NCBI GenBank assembly: GCA_964016885.1
Contig: OZ024742.1
Location: 156,860,001-156,924,000, forward strand
Source of the DNA: Eledone cirrhosa
Lineage: Eukaryota
DNA length: 64,000 nt
Direction of reading: 5' to 3'
This document shows positions 29,514 through 41,055 of this stretch, in pieces (the first letter of the stretch is position 1; each line of letters begins with the position of its first letter). Made by a program: the position numbers and the translations under genes. The notes under the pieces were generated by a model. That model searched no databases. It saw only the letters and a program-made list of their open reading frames with translations, and had not been told where the DNA came from.

Positions 29514-30052
29514 TTTATATTATACTTTTTAATGTATTTTAAAAAATTGATTGAATTTTACTTGTTCTGCTTATCTTAATATTAAAGTTCTGGTGTATCA
29601 AATTAATACCATTGAACAACCTTGAATCATAGACAACCTATGTATTTCTAGGGGTACCTAGTATCCTTGGACATATTAACTTCATTCATTAACTCCGTTA
29701 TGTTGAGAACAAATCTGTTGTTCTATTTAGATGCTATTTTTTTAGTAGTAATTGTAGACAGCAAGCCTTTGATTTTCCCGCTTTTACTTCGGTCCAGTTT
29801 ACATTCGGGTCACTGTTACGACATTTCAGACCTTTATTTGCTGGCAGGAGGTAATATATTTTGTCGTTCCTGGGACGTTTATCCCTAGGAAAGGAAAATG
29901 CTTCTTTGGTGAGCTTTGGTTTTCCATCAGAAATCCATCGGATTTATGAGGTTTTACAAAGCGAAACTGATCAGTAAGGGCCACTTTATATTATATTTTT
30001 TAATGTATTTTAAAAAAATGATTGAATTTTACTTGTTCTGCTTATCTTAATA
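29514..30052 (+). mobile_element. about 470-bp terminally redundant element with a degenerate HHR (family R470)
   Basis: About 67-bp direct repeat at 29514 and 29985; 29901-29980 reads ttct TTGGTGA gcttt...aaagc GAAA ctgatcag TA aggg. Confidence 0.7.
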
Positions 30053-30640
30053 TATGTATGTATGTATTATGTATGTATGTATGTATTATGTATGTATGTA
30101 TTATGTATGTATGTAGAATTTTTCAAGCATTTCCTTCAACAGCTCCGTTTATTCATTAGCCTCGTTCTTTTTTCAATTCAACAGATTAAATTTCATAAAC
30201 CCGAGATTATTAGATTTTTATTTATCATTATCTTGTGTTCACTACTTGCTTTGTTCATATGCAAACTGGACAAGTACGGCTCTTCTTCTTTTATTTACGT
30301 TAATATTATTAGATTCCCCTAAAGGATATTTTCTAAAACGAGACGCCTAGGTCAATATATAGATGACTGTAAGGATTTGACAAATGTTTATTCCAGAAAT
30401 CGTTCTAGATTCGGCGACGATATTCCATCTGGGATTATTGCAAAACATTTAAATTTCGAGCTGGAATATGAACCAGAGATTGGTGTTTGCGTCTTTTTTT
30501 CCGTTTCATTTCCTTGCAAATGTAGATAAATTGTGAATTTGTGAATTTTACTTCTCTTATTTTTATATGAACAGCTTTTGGTTTCACTGTATATATAGTA
30601 TGGCTACCTCTGCAGAAAGTGGGGTTATCAATATTTACGC

Positions 30641-30768
<128 letters not shown>

Positions 30769-30929
30769 CTATATATCTATCTATTTATCTCTTTCTTTCT
30801 TTCTATTTCTCTCCCTCTCTGTATATATATATATATGTAGGAGGTGAGTTTTATTGTAGTACAATAAATCAATGGAGATATCGGATAAGTAGCACTCTAC
30901 AGTTTGTAGGACTGGAGTATAAATAATAT

Positions 30930-32202
30930 AATATCAAAAGATGGTTAAAAGAGTTCCATGTATTTTATTATACGCATTTCAAAAACAAATATCATCATGC
31001 GATGCCATTTGCGTTTTCGTCAGATAAAATAGGGAGACATGATATGAAGGTTAAAAAACATTTGTTAATAGTGCAGTTTTAAATCAACATATGAAAAGTA
31101 GTTTAAGATTGATGTGTGATATTGGGAAAACAAATGAGGGGAGAGGTGGAAAGGATGAAAAAGTGGAGGAGATGAGAGTAAAGAATAGAGGGGGAGGAAG
31201 GATGAGATAGGAGGAGAGATGGATGATAGATAGGGAGAGAGATATAGATTTTATAACTGAGAAAAATATATTGTTTTACAGAGAGAGGTTAAAAAACCGT
31301 TGGAAGATAATATATAAATTAAAAGAAGTTGAAAATTAACGAAGAGAAAAAATTAAGAATAATGTTAAATTAAGGTTTGCATATTGAAGGCTTTAATAAT
31401 ATGTGCGATGAAAAGAAATTGTTAATATGTATTAAGAATAATATTAAATAAATGTTTGAATATTGAAGGGTTTAATAATATGTGCGATGGAAAGAAATTG
31501 TTGATATGTATTATTAAAATAACAATAGTAATATTATTAAGGATATAATGTGAAAAGAAGTAGAAGAGTGGATGAATTATCAATTTAGAGGAATTAGTTA
31601 GTGTTTAAGTTTGTTTTTATGTAATGTAATATGTATGTGTAATATATGTAAATAGTTTGTTTACAAATGAGCGCAGAAAGCAAAGAAGGAGATAGTGTTT
31701 AAGGAGAAGACCTTAAAATCAAAATATGTATGTTTATGAAGTATTTCCTAATGGTAATAATATAATGTAATAAAGGAGATTAGTTAGGGTTTAAGTTTGT
31801 GTTTATGTGTTGTGATGCATAATATGTAAAAGTTAGACGAGCATTAAACGGCGAAAAAAATAATGAATTGAGGATGAATAATCTAACGTCAAAATAAATG
31901 ATTATGTTTACGAAGGATTTTTAAAGATGATACTATAAAGTATTTAAAAGGGTAATAGTAAGTTTTATGGCCAGAGATATGAAGGAAGAAGGAAGAGTGG
32001 ATATATTGTGGTGAGTAATAATGAGACTTGAGAAGTATCTAGGAAGAAAATGTACAGATTAGAGGTTATAAATTAAAAGAAAAAAGGAGAAAAGGGAAGC
32101 AAGGGTAGTGATAAATAGGAATGATATAGAATAAGTAACTAGTATTATATAATGTATAATAAATAACATTGAAATAAGCTAGAAAGATGGGTATATTTTT
32201 AA

Positions 32203-32246
<44 letters not shown>

Positions 32247-33300
32247 CTTTGAGAAAAAGGTATTTTAAATTGGTAAAGTATTAGATATTAGCTGTATACT
32301 TTATGGAATGTTTTGTGGAATTTATGCAAGCAGAGAGAAAATAAGTCAGTGCGTCTATTTATTATAGAATATAAATTAAATATAATGGTACATTTTTCAC
32401 ATAAACAGAGATTACATGTTTTCGATATAGAGGCATTCAAGTATGGAGAGGCAGAACAAACTTTCCTCCAACATATGTTATAGTTAATATTTTGTCTTTC
32501 AAGGACCATATGAGTTCTGAGAGTGCCGTGTTGGTTCTTTTAAGTTGGTATTTAAAAAACGAATGATGATTATAAAGACGAGCTTTAAAGGGGGTGGAAG
32601 TGGAGCCAAAATAGGTAAAGGAATTGGTGTCAGTTATAACTTTACATTCATAGATTATGTTTTTTTTCAAGACAATGGTTGTTGAAAGTACATTTATTTT
32701 TAACAGGGCAATTACAATTGCGATTAGAGAAAATAACAGAGTTATTAACAAGTGACCTAGTGTTATCTGTATGAGGAATTGGATTGGAGAAGTTATTTAC
32801 GATAGGAATAATAGTTTCTTGATTTAGATTGGGGTTAAGAACATTTAACGAGGATGCGTTTAACGTCGTATTTGGGTTTGCAGAAATTAGCCTAGTGTTA
32901 ACAATGACGTCGGGAGTACTATTACTATTATTATGATATTCAGTGTTGGAAGGAAGAGATTTAATATTTAGTATTTTATTGTTGTGTTTAGAGATACTGT
33001 TGGAGATGTTGGAGCAGGTCGAATAGGAAAATGTTATAGTGTGTTTGTTAAATATTTTACTATAGATATGTGATGGAGGGAAGCATTTATTTAAGGCACT
33101 AAATAATAATTTAGGAATATTATTATCTATAGAGATGGAGAAAGGAGCATTATACCACATTATGTTTTTGTATCTAGGTCTTTTATTACAGTTATTGGAA
33201 TGATCATGATTAGTTATTTTACTGTAAGATCTTCTAGGATTGGTTTCTTTACTGTATTTGATTTTATCAGGATAACCGTCTTTAGAAAGCGCGGTATTAT
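30930..33300 (-). mobile_element. inverted 3' half of Penelope-like element PLE2
   Basis: Reverse complement of 33780-34217 plus 37665-39745; ORF pieces WYNAPFS, CNCPVKNKC, IYECKV..TYFGST, CNLCLCEK. Confidence 0.93.
30961..31031 (-). ncRNA. hammerhead ribozyme in the PLE2 3' end
   Basis: tattttat CTGACGA aaac-gcaaatggcatc gcat gatgatatttgt-tttt GAAA tgcgta TA ataaaata. Confidence 0.8.
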
Positions 33301-34217
33301 AGAGGTGATACCTCTAACAACTTTGACATTACAATGGGTGCATCCGATTCATCCCAATTAACAGCTTTAATTGGTATCTTTCTTTTGAACTCTTTGAATC
33401 TGAAAATTCCTCAACTTCGCGGTGGAATTTTTACTATGGTCTTTTTACTATCTTAAATTTTTACTATGGTCTTTTTACTATCTTAAATTGCAACATAGTT
33501 AGCCTTAATATTATTAAGAACAATATACGTGATCTCTTTAACCAACATAACTTAAATATTGAATTTGATAACAACATAAAACTAGCTAACATCTTGGATA
33601 TATCTCTTAATCTTGACACTGGCCTATATTACCCTTACCATAAAAACAATGTGAATCTAAATTATGTTTATTTTAAATCTAACCACCCCACTAATATTAA
33701 AATTGCTATAGTTAGTAATATTGGAAAAAGAATATCCAACCTATCATGTAATAAAAACATCTTTGATGCTAACGCCAATTACTATAATAACGCGCTTTCT
33801 AAAGCCGGTTATCCTGATAAGATCAAATACAGTAAAGAAACCGATCCTAGAAGATCTTACAGTAAAATAATTAATCATGATAATTCCAATAACTTTATTA
33901 AAAGACCTAGATACAAAAACATAATCTGGTCTAATGCTCCTTTCTCCATCTTTATTAATAATAATATTCCTCAATTAATCTTTAGTGCCTTAAATAAATG
34001 CTTCCCTCCCTCACATATCTATAGTACAATATTTAACAAACACTATAAAATGTTCCTAGTCGACCTACTCCAACATCTCCAACATTATCTCTAAACACAA
34101 CAATAAAATACTAACTACTAAATCTCTTCCTTCCAATACTGAATATCATAATAATAGTAATAGTACTCCCGACGTCATTGTTAACTCTAGGCTAATTTCT
34201 GCAAACCCAAATACGAC

Positions 34218-37200
34218 AGGTCACCAGTTGGTGCTACTGGTAACATGTATCCCAGTACAACCTGTATCGTGGTCGGGTCGTTGGCACTAAACTGGCAACC
34301 CCACCAAGGTTTCTTGGTGAGGAGGCTGACTGTGGACATCCTGCAAGAATAAAAACAAAACATGTCAAAGGGCAAAGGAGCTCTTAAGAGTCAATGGCCA
34401 TCCAAAATCACCGGGAGAGATGAACCCTTAGCCTTTGTCAAGGCAGAATTCTATGAGAAGGAAAACTCTGATATAACACCTGCAACCCATCGGTTTGCAG
34501 TTCTACCAGAGACTACTCAACGTACTGTCTCTTTACTAAATGTCAGTGGTTGGGCTTCAGGTTAGCGACCTATTCCCGGAAAAACTCTTCTGCTACGAAA
34601 ACAATTCATAGTGCATCAGATTTAAATTCCAAGCAGTCAGGAGAACGGTTGTCTATAACTGGAGATTGTATGGCGGGTGTTGGCGAAATTCTCAATGAGG
34701 AAGCCGACAACCTGAGGACCAGAATTCTGTCTGCAAAACCAACCACACGTATTGGATATTGGAACATATGAACTATGTACCAACCATCCAAACTTTCGCA
34801 AGTTATCGGAGAAATGGAGGCCTACAAAATTAACATCCTGGGCCTCAGCGAGGTCCGCTGGACTGACTCTGGGAAGTTTATCCATGAAAACAAGATCATC
34901 CTGTTCTCAGGCCGTCAGAACGGGACTCACCGAGATGGAGTTGCAAACATCATGGACAGGGCTGCCAGTGGTGCCCTTGAGGTGTGGACTCCTATCAACG
35001 AACGCCTAATGACAGTAAGATTCACCACATCACATGCAAACGTCACCATAGCTCAGTGCTATGCTCCAACCAACGAACATAACGATGTTGACAAGGACGC
35101 TTTCTACCAGCAACTACAAGATGTTGTAAACAAAACCCCACGTCATGACATCCTGATCATCATGGGAGACATGAACGCACAGATCGGGGGAAGCAGGGTT
35201 GGCTTTGAACATGTCCTTGGCCCCCATGCTTACGGAAACCGCACGGACAACGGGGACAGGTTTGTCCAGTTCTGTTCCATGAACAATATGAAAATCGGCT
35301 CGTCACTATTTGACCAGAAGAACATCCACAAGATCACATGGGCTTCGAACGACCTCAGGACCAAGACGCAAATAGACCACATTGCAATTGGCCCAAGTTG
35401 GACAGCTCCTTGCCTGCAGGACGTCCGAGTCTACCGAGGCGCAGATGTCTGCAGTGACCACTATCTGTCTGTTACCAAACTTAAAATCAGACTGAGGAAG
35501 CAGAAGAAGAGAGCACTCACTACAAGGCGTGTTGACACTACCAAGCTGAAGAACGGTGACACAGAAGCACAGTTCGAGGCTGCTTTGAGGAACAGATTTG
35601 CTGTCCTTGAGGAGTCTGCACCAGGCTCGGACAATTGGTGGGAGGAAATGAAGAAGACCATGGAAGCTGCAGGGAAAGAAATCCTGGGCTACAGGAAGTC
35701 CCTCAGAGAAGCTTGGGTTAGTGACAACACCTGGCAGCTGATTAATGAAAGGAAAGCCCTACACCAGCAGAGGCATGCCACTACCCAAGAGGCCATCAAG
35801 GTATATCAGCAGTATGTTGACAAGGACAAGGAGGTGAAACGCAGCGCCAAAAAGGACAAACGAATGTGGCTTGAGGGTAAGGCAGATGAGGCGGAAGCAG
35901 CTGCGGCACGCAATGACATGCGTTCTGTGTACCAAATTGCCAAGAAAATCACCGGCAGCTCTTGAGCTAACTCAGGCCCGGTGAAAGCGAAAGTTGGTAC
36001 TTGCTTTCCAAAGGTGAAGAAAAGTTAGTTAGATGGGCTGAACATGTTAAGGAAGTCCTCAACCGACCGGAGCCACGTGTGCCAGCAGATACTAAGGAAC
36101 CTACTAGTGTGCTGTCTATCAATACTGATTACTTCACCGAGAAGGAAGTCCGCATAGCCATCAATACCCTTAAGAATAACAAGTCACCAGGTATGGATGG
36201 CATTTCTGCTGAAATGCTGAAGTCAGAATGTGAAAGCATGGTCAAGTGGATGGGCCACTTATGTAATCTTGTGTGGAACACGGGTGAAGTCCCAGAAGAA
36301 TGGAGAAACGGAGTGGTTGTCTGTATCCCCAAGAAGGGCAACCTTGCCGATTGTGACAACTGGAGGGGAGTGACACTTCTCTCCATACCAGGGAAGGTCT
36401 ATTGTCTGATGATCCTGAACCGCATACGTGGCATGGTAGACCGGGAACTGCGAGAGCAACAGGCAGGGTTCCGATTAAAACGTTCCTGTGCAGAGCAGAT
36501 ATTTACGTTACGCCGCATCATTGAGAGGTACAACGAATTCCAGAGGCCCGTCACCATCAGCTTCATCGATTTCTCCAAAGCATTCGATAGCATTCATCGG
36601 CCGTCACTCTGGAGCATCATGCAAGAGTTTGGTCTGCCTCAGAAAGTCATTTCGGCAATCAAACAGATTTACGCAAGCTCCATGTGCTGCATACGGACAG
36701 AGGATGGTTACAGTGACTGGTTTGAGGTGGTTACTGGTGTGCGTCAAGGTTGCTCGCTCTCTCCAATTCTCTTTGCCATAGCCATTTACTGGGTACTAAG
36801 AAGAGCGTCTAAAGACCAGGGTATATCCTGGGTGGGAGATCAAAAGTTGTCTGACCTGGAATTTGCGGACGATATTGTTGCACTTGCAGAGAGCACAGCT
36901 GACCTGTAAATCATTATGAACAATATCAATGTCGAAGCAGGAAGCTTAGGTCTCAATATCAGTGCTAAGAAGACCAAAATCATGTTATCTGGGACACACG
37001 CATCACCAACTAGTGTTTTCATTGAACAAGGGGATGTGGAGATAGTGGACAGCTTCACCTACCTAGGAAGCTCCATTGACAATGGCGGCGCCATGGACAG
37101 TGAATTGCAATGTAGAATGGGAAAGGCTTCAGCAGGATTTAACCAGCTTGTCAAGATCTGGAAGAACAGGAAGTTCACCCTCAAAACAAAGATGAGATTC

Positions 37201-37655
37201 TACAACAGCAACGTGCTGTCCACACTCTTGTACGGAAGTGAAACATGGCATCTTAAGACCAGCCAAGAGAAGAAGTTGGACGCATTCGATTCCAGGTGTC
37301 TGCGAAAGATCCTGGGGATTAAATGGAGTGACCATGTAAGAAACCAGGAAGTCAGGAACCGCACCAACCAGCAGCTAGTCTCTTCTGCCATCTGCAAGCG
37401 ACGCCTGGGCTGGTTTGGGCACGCTTTGAGACTTCCCGCGGAGAGACTGGCGAACCAAGTACTTAAATGGAACCCACAGGGAAGTGGACAGAGAGGGCGA
37501 CCCAAAATGAACTGGCGCCAGACAGTTGAGAGGGACCTGCGAGCGACAAACAGATAATGGCGGGACGCTGTTTAACTGGCTGCTGACCGAACGCGGTGGA
37601 ACACTATGATTGCCTCATGCGTCGCAAGACGCGGGAGCTTCTGAGCATGAGTCTG
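34218..37655 (+). mobile_element. full-length RTE-clade LINE (about 3.44 kb)
   Basis: 9-bp TSD aaatacgac (34209-34217 and 37656-37664); the empty site is visible in the inverted PLE2 copy near 32865; short ctgag-type 3' repeat; GC-rich relative to flanks. Confidence 0.95.
34671..37644 (+). pseudogene. APE endonuclease plus reverse transcriptase ORF, inactivated
   Basis: IGYWNI, GLSEVRW, CYAPT, MGDMNA, QIDHI, SDH; RT motifs KSPGMDGI, NWRGVTLL, QAGFR, IDFSKAFDS, GVRQGCSLSP, FADD; stops at 34769, 35963, 36907, 37555 and a frameshift near 35990. Confidence 0.95.
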
Positions 37656-38323
37656 AAATACGACGTCAAACGCAACCTCGTTAAATGTTCTTAATCCCAA
37701 TCTAAATCAAGAAACTATTATTCCTATCGTAAATAACTTCTCCAATCCAATTCCTCCTATAGATAACACTATGTCACTTGTTAATAACTCTGTTAATTTC
37801 ACTAATCGCAATTGTAATTGCCCTGTTAAAAATAAATGACCTCTCAACAACCATTGTCTTGAAAAACACTTAATCTATGAATGTAAAGTTATAACTGACA
37901 CCAATTCCTTTACCTATTTTGGCTCCACTTCTACCCCCTTTAAAGCTCGTCTTTATAATCATCATTCGTCTTTTAAATACCAACTTAAAAGAACCAACAC
38001 TCTCAGAACTCATATGGTCCTTGAAAGACAAAAATATTAACTATAACATCTCTTGGAGGAAAGTTTGTTCTGCCTCTCCATACTTGAATGCCTCTCTATT
38101 CAAAACATGTAATCTCTGTTTATGTGAAAAATGTACCATTATATCTAATTTAGATTCTATAATAAATAGACGCACTGACTTATTTGCTCCCTACTAGCAT
38201 ACATTCCACAGAACATTCCATAAAGTATACAGCTAATATCTAATATTTACCAATTTAAATTCCTTTTTCTCAAAGGCATATATATATATTGAGATAAGGT
38301 AGAAAGATGTGTATCTTTTTAAA

Positions 38324-38375
<52 letters not shown>

Positions 38376-39044
38376 TTTAAAAATATACACATCTTTCTAC
38401 CTTATTTCAATGTTATTTATTATACATTATATAATACTAGTCACTCATTCGATATCATTCCTATTTATCACTACCCTTGCTTCCTTTTTTCCTTCTTTCT
38501 TTTAATTTCTAACCTCTAATCTGTACCTTTCCTTCCTAGATACTTCTCAAGACACATTATTAATCACCACAATCTATCCAGGCTTCCTTCTTCCATCATA
38601 TCACTGGCCATAAAACTCACTATTACCCTTTTAAATACTTTATAGTATCACCTTTAAAAATCCTTCGTAAACATATACATTTATTTTAACGTTAGATTAT
38701 TCCTCCTCAATTCATTATTTGTTTCTCCCTTTCATGCTCGTCTAACTTTTACATATTACACATCACAACACATAAAAACAAACTTAAACCCTAACTAATC
38801 TCGTTTATTACATTATATTATTACCATTAGGAAATACTTCATAAACATACAGATTTTGATGTTAAGGTCTTCTCCTTAAACACTATCTCCTTCTTTGCTT
38901 TCTGCGCTCATTTGTAAACAAAGTATTTACATATATCACATATGCATATTATATTACATAAAAACAAACTTAAACACTAACTAATTCCTCTAAATTCATA
39001 ATTCATCCACTCTTCTACTTCTTTTCACATTATATCCTTAATAA

Positions 39045-39160
39045 CTGTTTCTACTTTAGGCACAAGGCCAGCAATTACCCAGTGCATTACTGGTACTTTA
39101 TTTTATCGACCCCGTAAGGATGAATGGCAAAGTCAACCTCGGCGGTTGAATTTGCCTTTC
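39045..39160 (-). mobile_element. truncated SINE inserted in the PLE2 3' UTR
   Basis: SINE 3' half; absent from the inverted PLE2 copy near 31530. Confidence 0.9.
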
Positions 39161-39643
39161 ATTACTATTTTTATTTTAATAATACATATCAACAATTTCT
39201 TTCCATCGCACATATTATTAAACCCTTCAATATTCAAACATTAATTTAATATTATTTTTAATACATATTAACAATTTCTTTTCATCGCACATATTATTAA
39301 ACCCTTCAATATACAAACCTTAATTTAACATTATTCTTAATTTTTTCTCTTCGTTAATTTTCAAATTCTTTTAATTTATATATTATCTTCCAACGGTTTG
39401 TTAACCTCTCTCTGTAAAACAATACATTTTTCTCAGTTATAAAAGCTATATCTCTCTCTCTATCTATCATCCATCTCTCCTCCTATCTCATCCTTCCTTC
39501 CCCTCCATTCTTTACTCTCATCTCCTCCACCCCTCTCCTCATTTTTTTCCCAATATCACACATCAATCTTAAACTAATTTTCATATGTTGATTTAAAACT
39601 GCAATATTCACAAGTGTTTTTTAACCTTCATATCATGTCTCCT

Positions 39644-39715
39644 TATTTTATCTGACGAAAACGTAAATGTCATCGCATGATGATATTTGTTTTTTGAAAT
39701 GCGCTTAATAAAATA
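39644..39715 (+). ncRNA. hammerhead ribozyme in the PLE2 3' end
   Basis: tattttat CTGACGA, long stem II, GAAA tgcgct TA ataaaata. Confidence 0.75.
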
Positions 39716-39745
39716 CATGGAACTCTTTTAACCATCTTTTGATCT

Positions 39746-39779
<34 letters not shown>

Positions 39780-39780
<1 letters not shown>

Positions 39781-40380
39781 GGAAAAGAATGAAACGAAAT
39801 TTCATTTCTCACTCTTAGTACGGCTGATACAGAATTACGCCGTACAGTGCTCGGTAAACCCATACGTACATATATATATGTGTGCATGTATGTATATATA
39901 TACATACTACTGTACGTCTGTACACATATATGTATGTACGTATACATACTTATATTTAGGTATCAGCCGTACTAAGAGTGAGAAAGGAAATTTGGTTTCA
40001 TTCTTTTCCATTTATCGTTTTCGGTACGCCCGTCTGATTAACTCACTCCATATGTAAGTTAGCTGCTCAGCCGTTAATATGCATAAGGAAAGTATATACT
40101 TTCAAACGTTCAATCATCTGACAGAAAGGTATGCGCTGCTGACGGTAGCTAATAAGCTTGAAACTTGTACATCGGTCCTGTGTCAGTGTTGAACAAAAGG
40201 GCGACAATGGTTGCCGAGCACTGTACGGCGTAATTCGGGCAGTTTGTTTACAAACAAACCGAACATTATAATAAATGTTCGTTAAACGCATACGTACATA
40301 TATGTATGTGTGCATGTATGTATATACATACATACTACTGTACGCCTGTACACATATATGTATGTACGTATACATAGTTA
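39780..40380 (+). mobile_element. R420 family element with short inverted 5' piece and terminal redundancy
   Basis: Period about 428 (39861 vs 40289); mutated HHR at 40134-40174 (CTGACGG ... GAAA cttg TA). Confidence 0.85.
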
Positions 40381-40452
40381 TATATATATATATACAGAGA
40401 GAGGGAGAGAGAGAGAAAGAAATACAGAAAGAGATAAATAGATAGATAGATA

Positions 40453-40519
<67 letters not shown>

Positions 40520-40883
40520 GAAAAGACTCGCGTTAATGCCCTGTAATTTTATGAGTTCAAGGGATAAATTACCGGGCTCTCAATAATAGAGCATATAGAG
40601 AAGAAAGCATAACAAAGGGGTTAAGTTTAGATTTACAAGGGGTGGAGAATCACTATAGTGAAGGATATAATGTGGCCGAAAAGTGGAGATAATACATAAT
40701 TAAGAGGTAAAATTATCCACCTTTATATCTATACACACCTGAACATTCACAAAGAAGAGCATGTTTCGCCAAGGTGCTGGTAACCTACCTTCTCAGGGCT
40801 TATTAACAGGTAGAAAGGAGTTATAACGAGCACGCCTAAGGATATTTCTGTCAACTGGATTAATCACGCGCACCAGACAACAT

Positions 40884-40933
<50 letters not shown>

Positions 40934-40969
40934 TATATATGTGTGCGTGTACATATATATATTTATGTC

Positions 40970-41055
<86 letters not shown>

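Larger units (their letters stand above)
33315..39745 (+). mobile_element. 5'-truncated PLE2 (Naiad-like), interrupted by an RTE LINE and a SINE fragment
   Basis: FDITMGASDS..LIGIFLL, LDISLNLDTGLYYPYHK..SNHP; GIY-YIG region at 37800-38235; long AT-rich 3' UTR. Confidence 0.92.
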
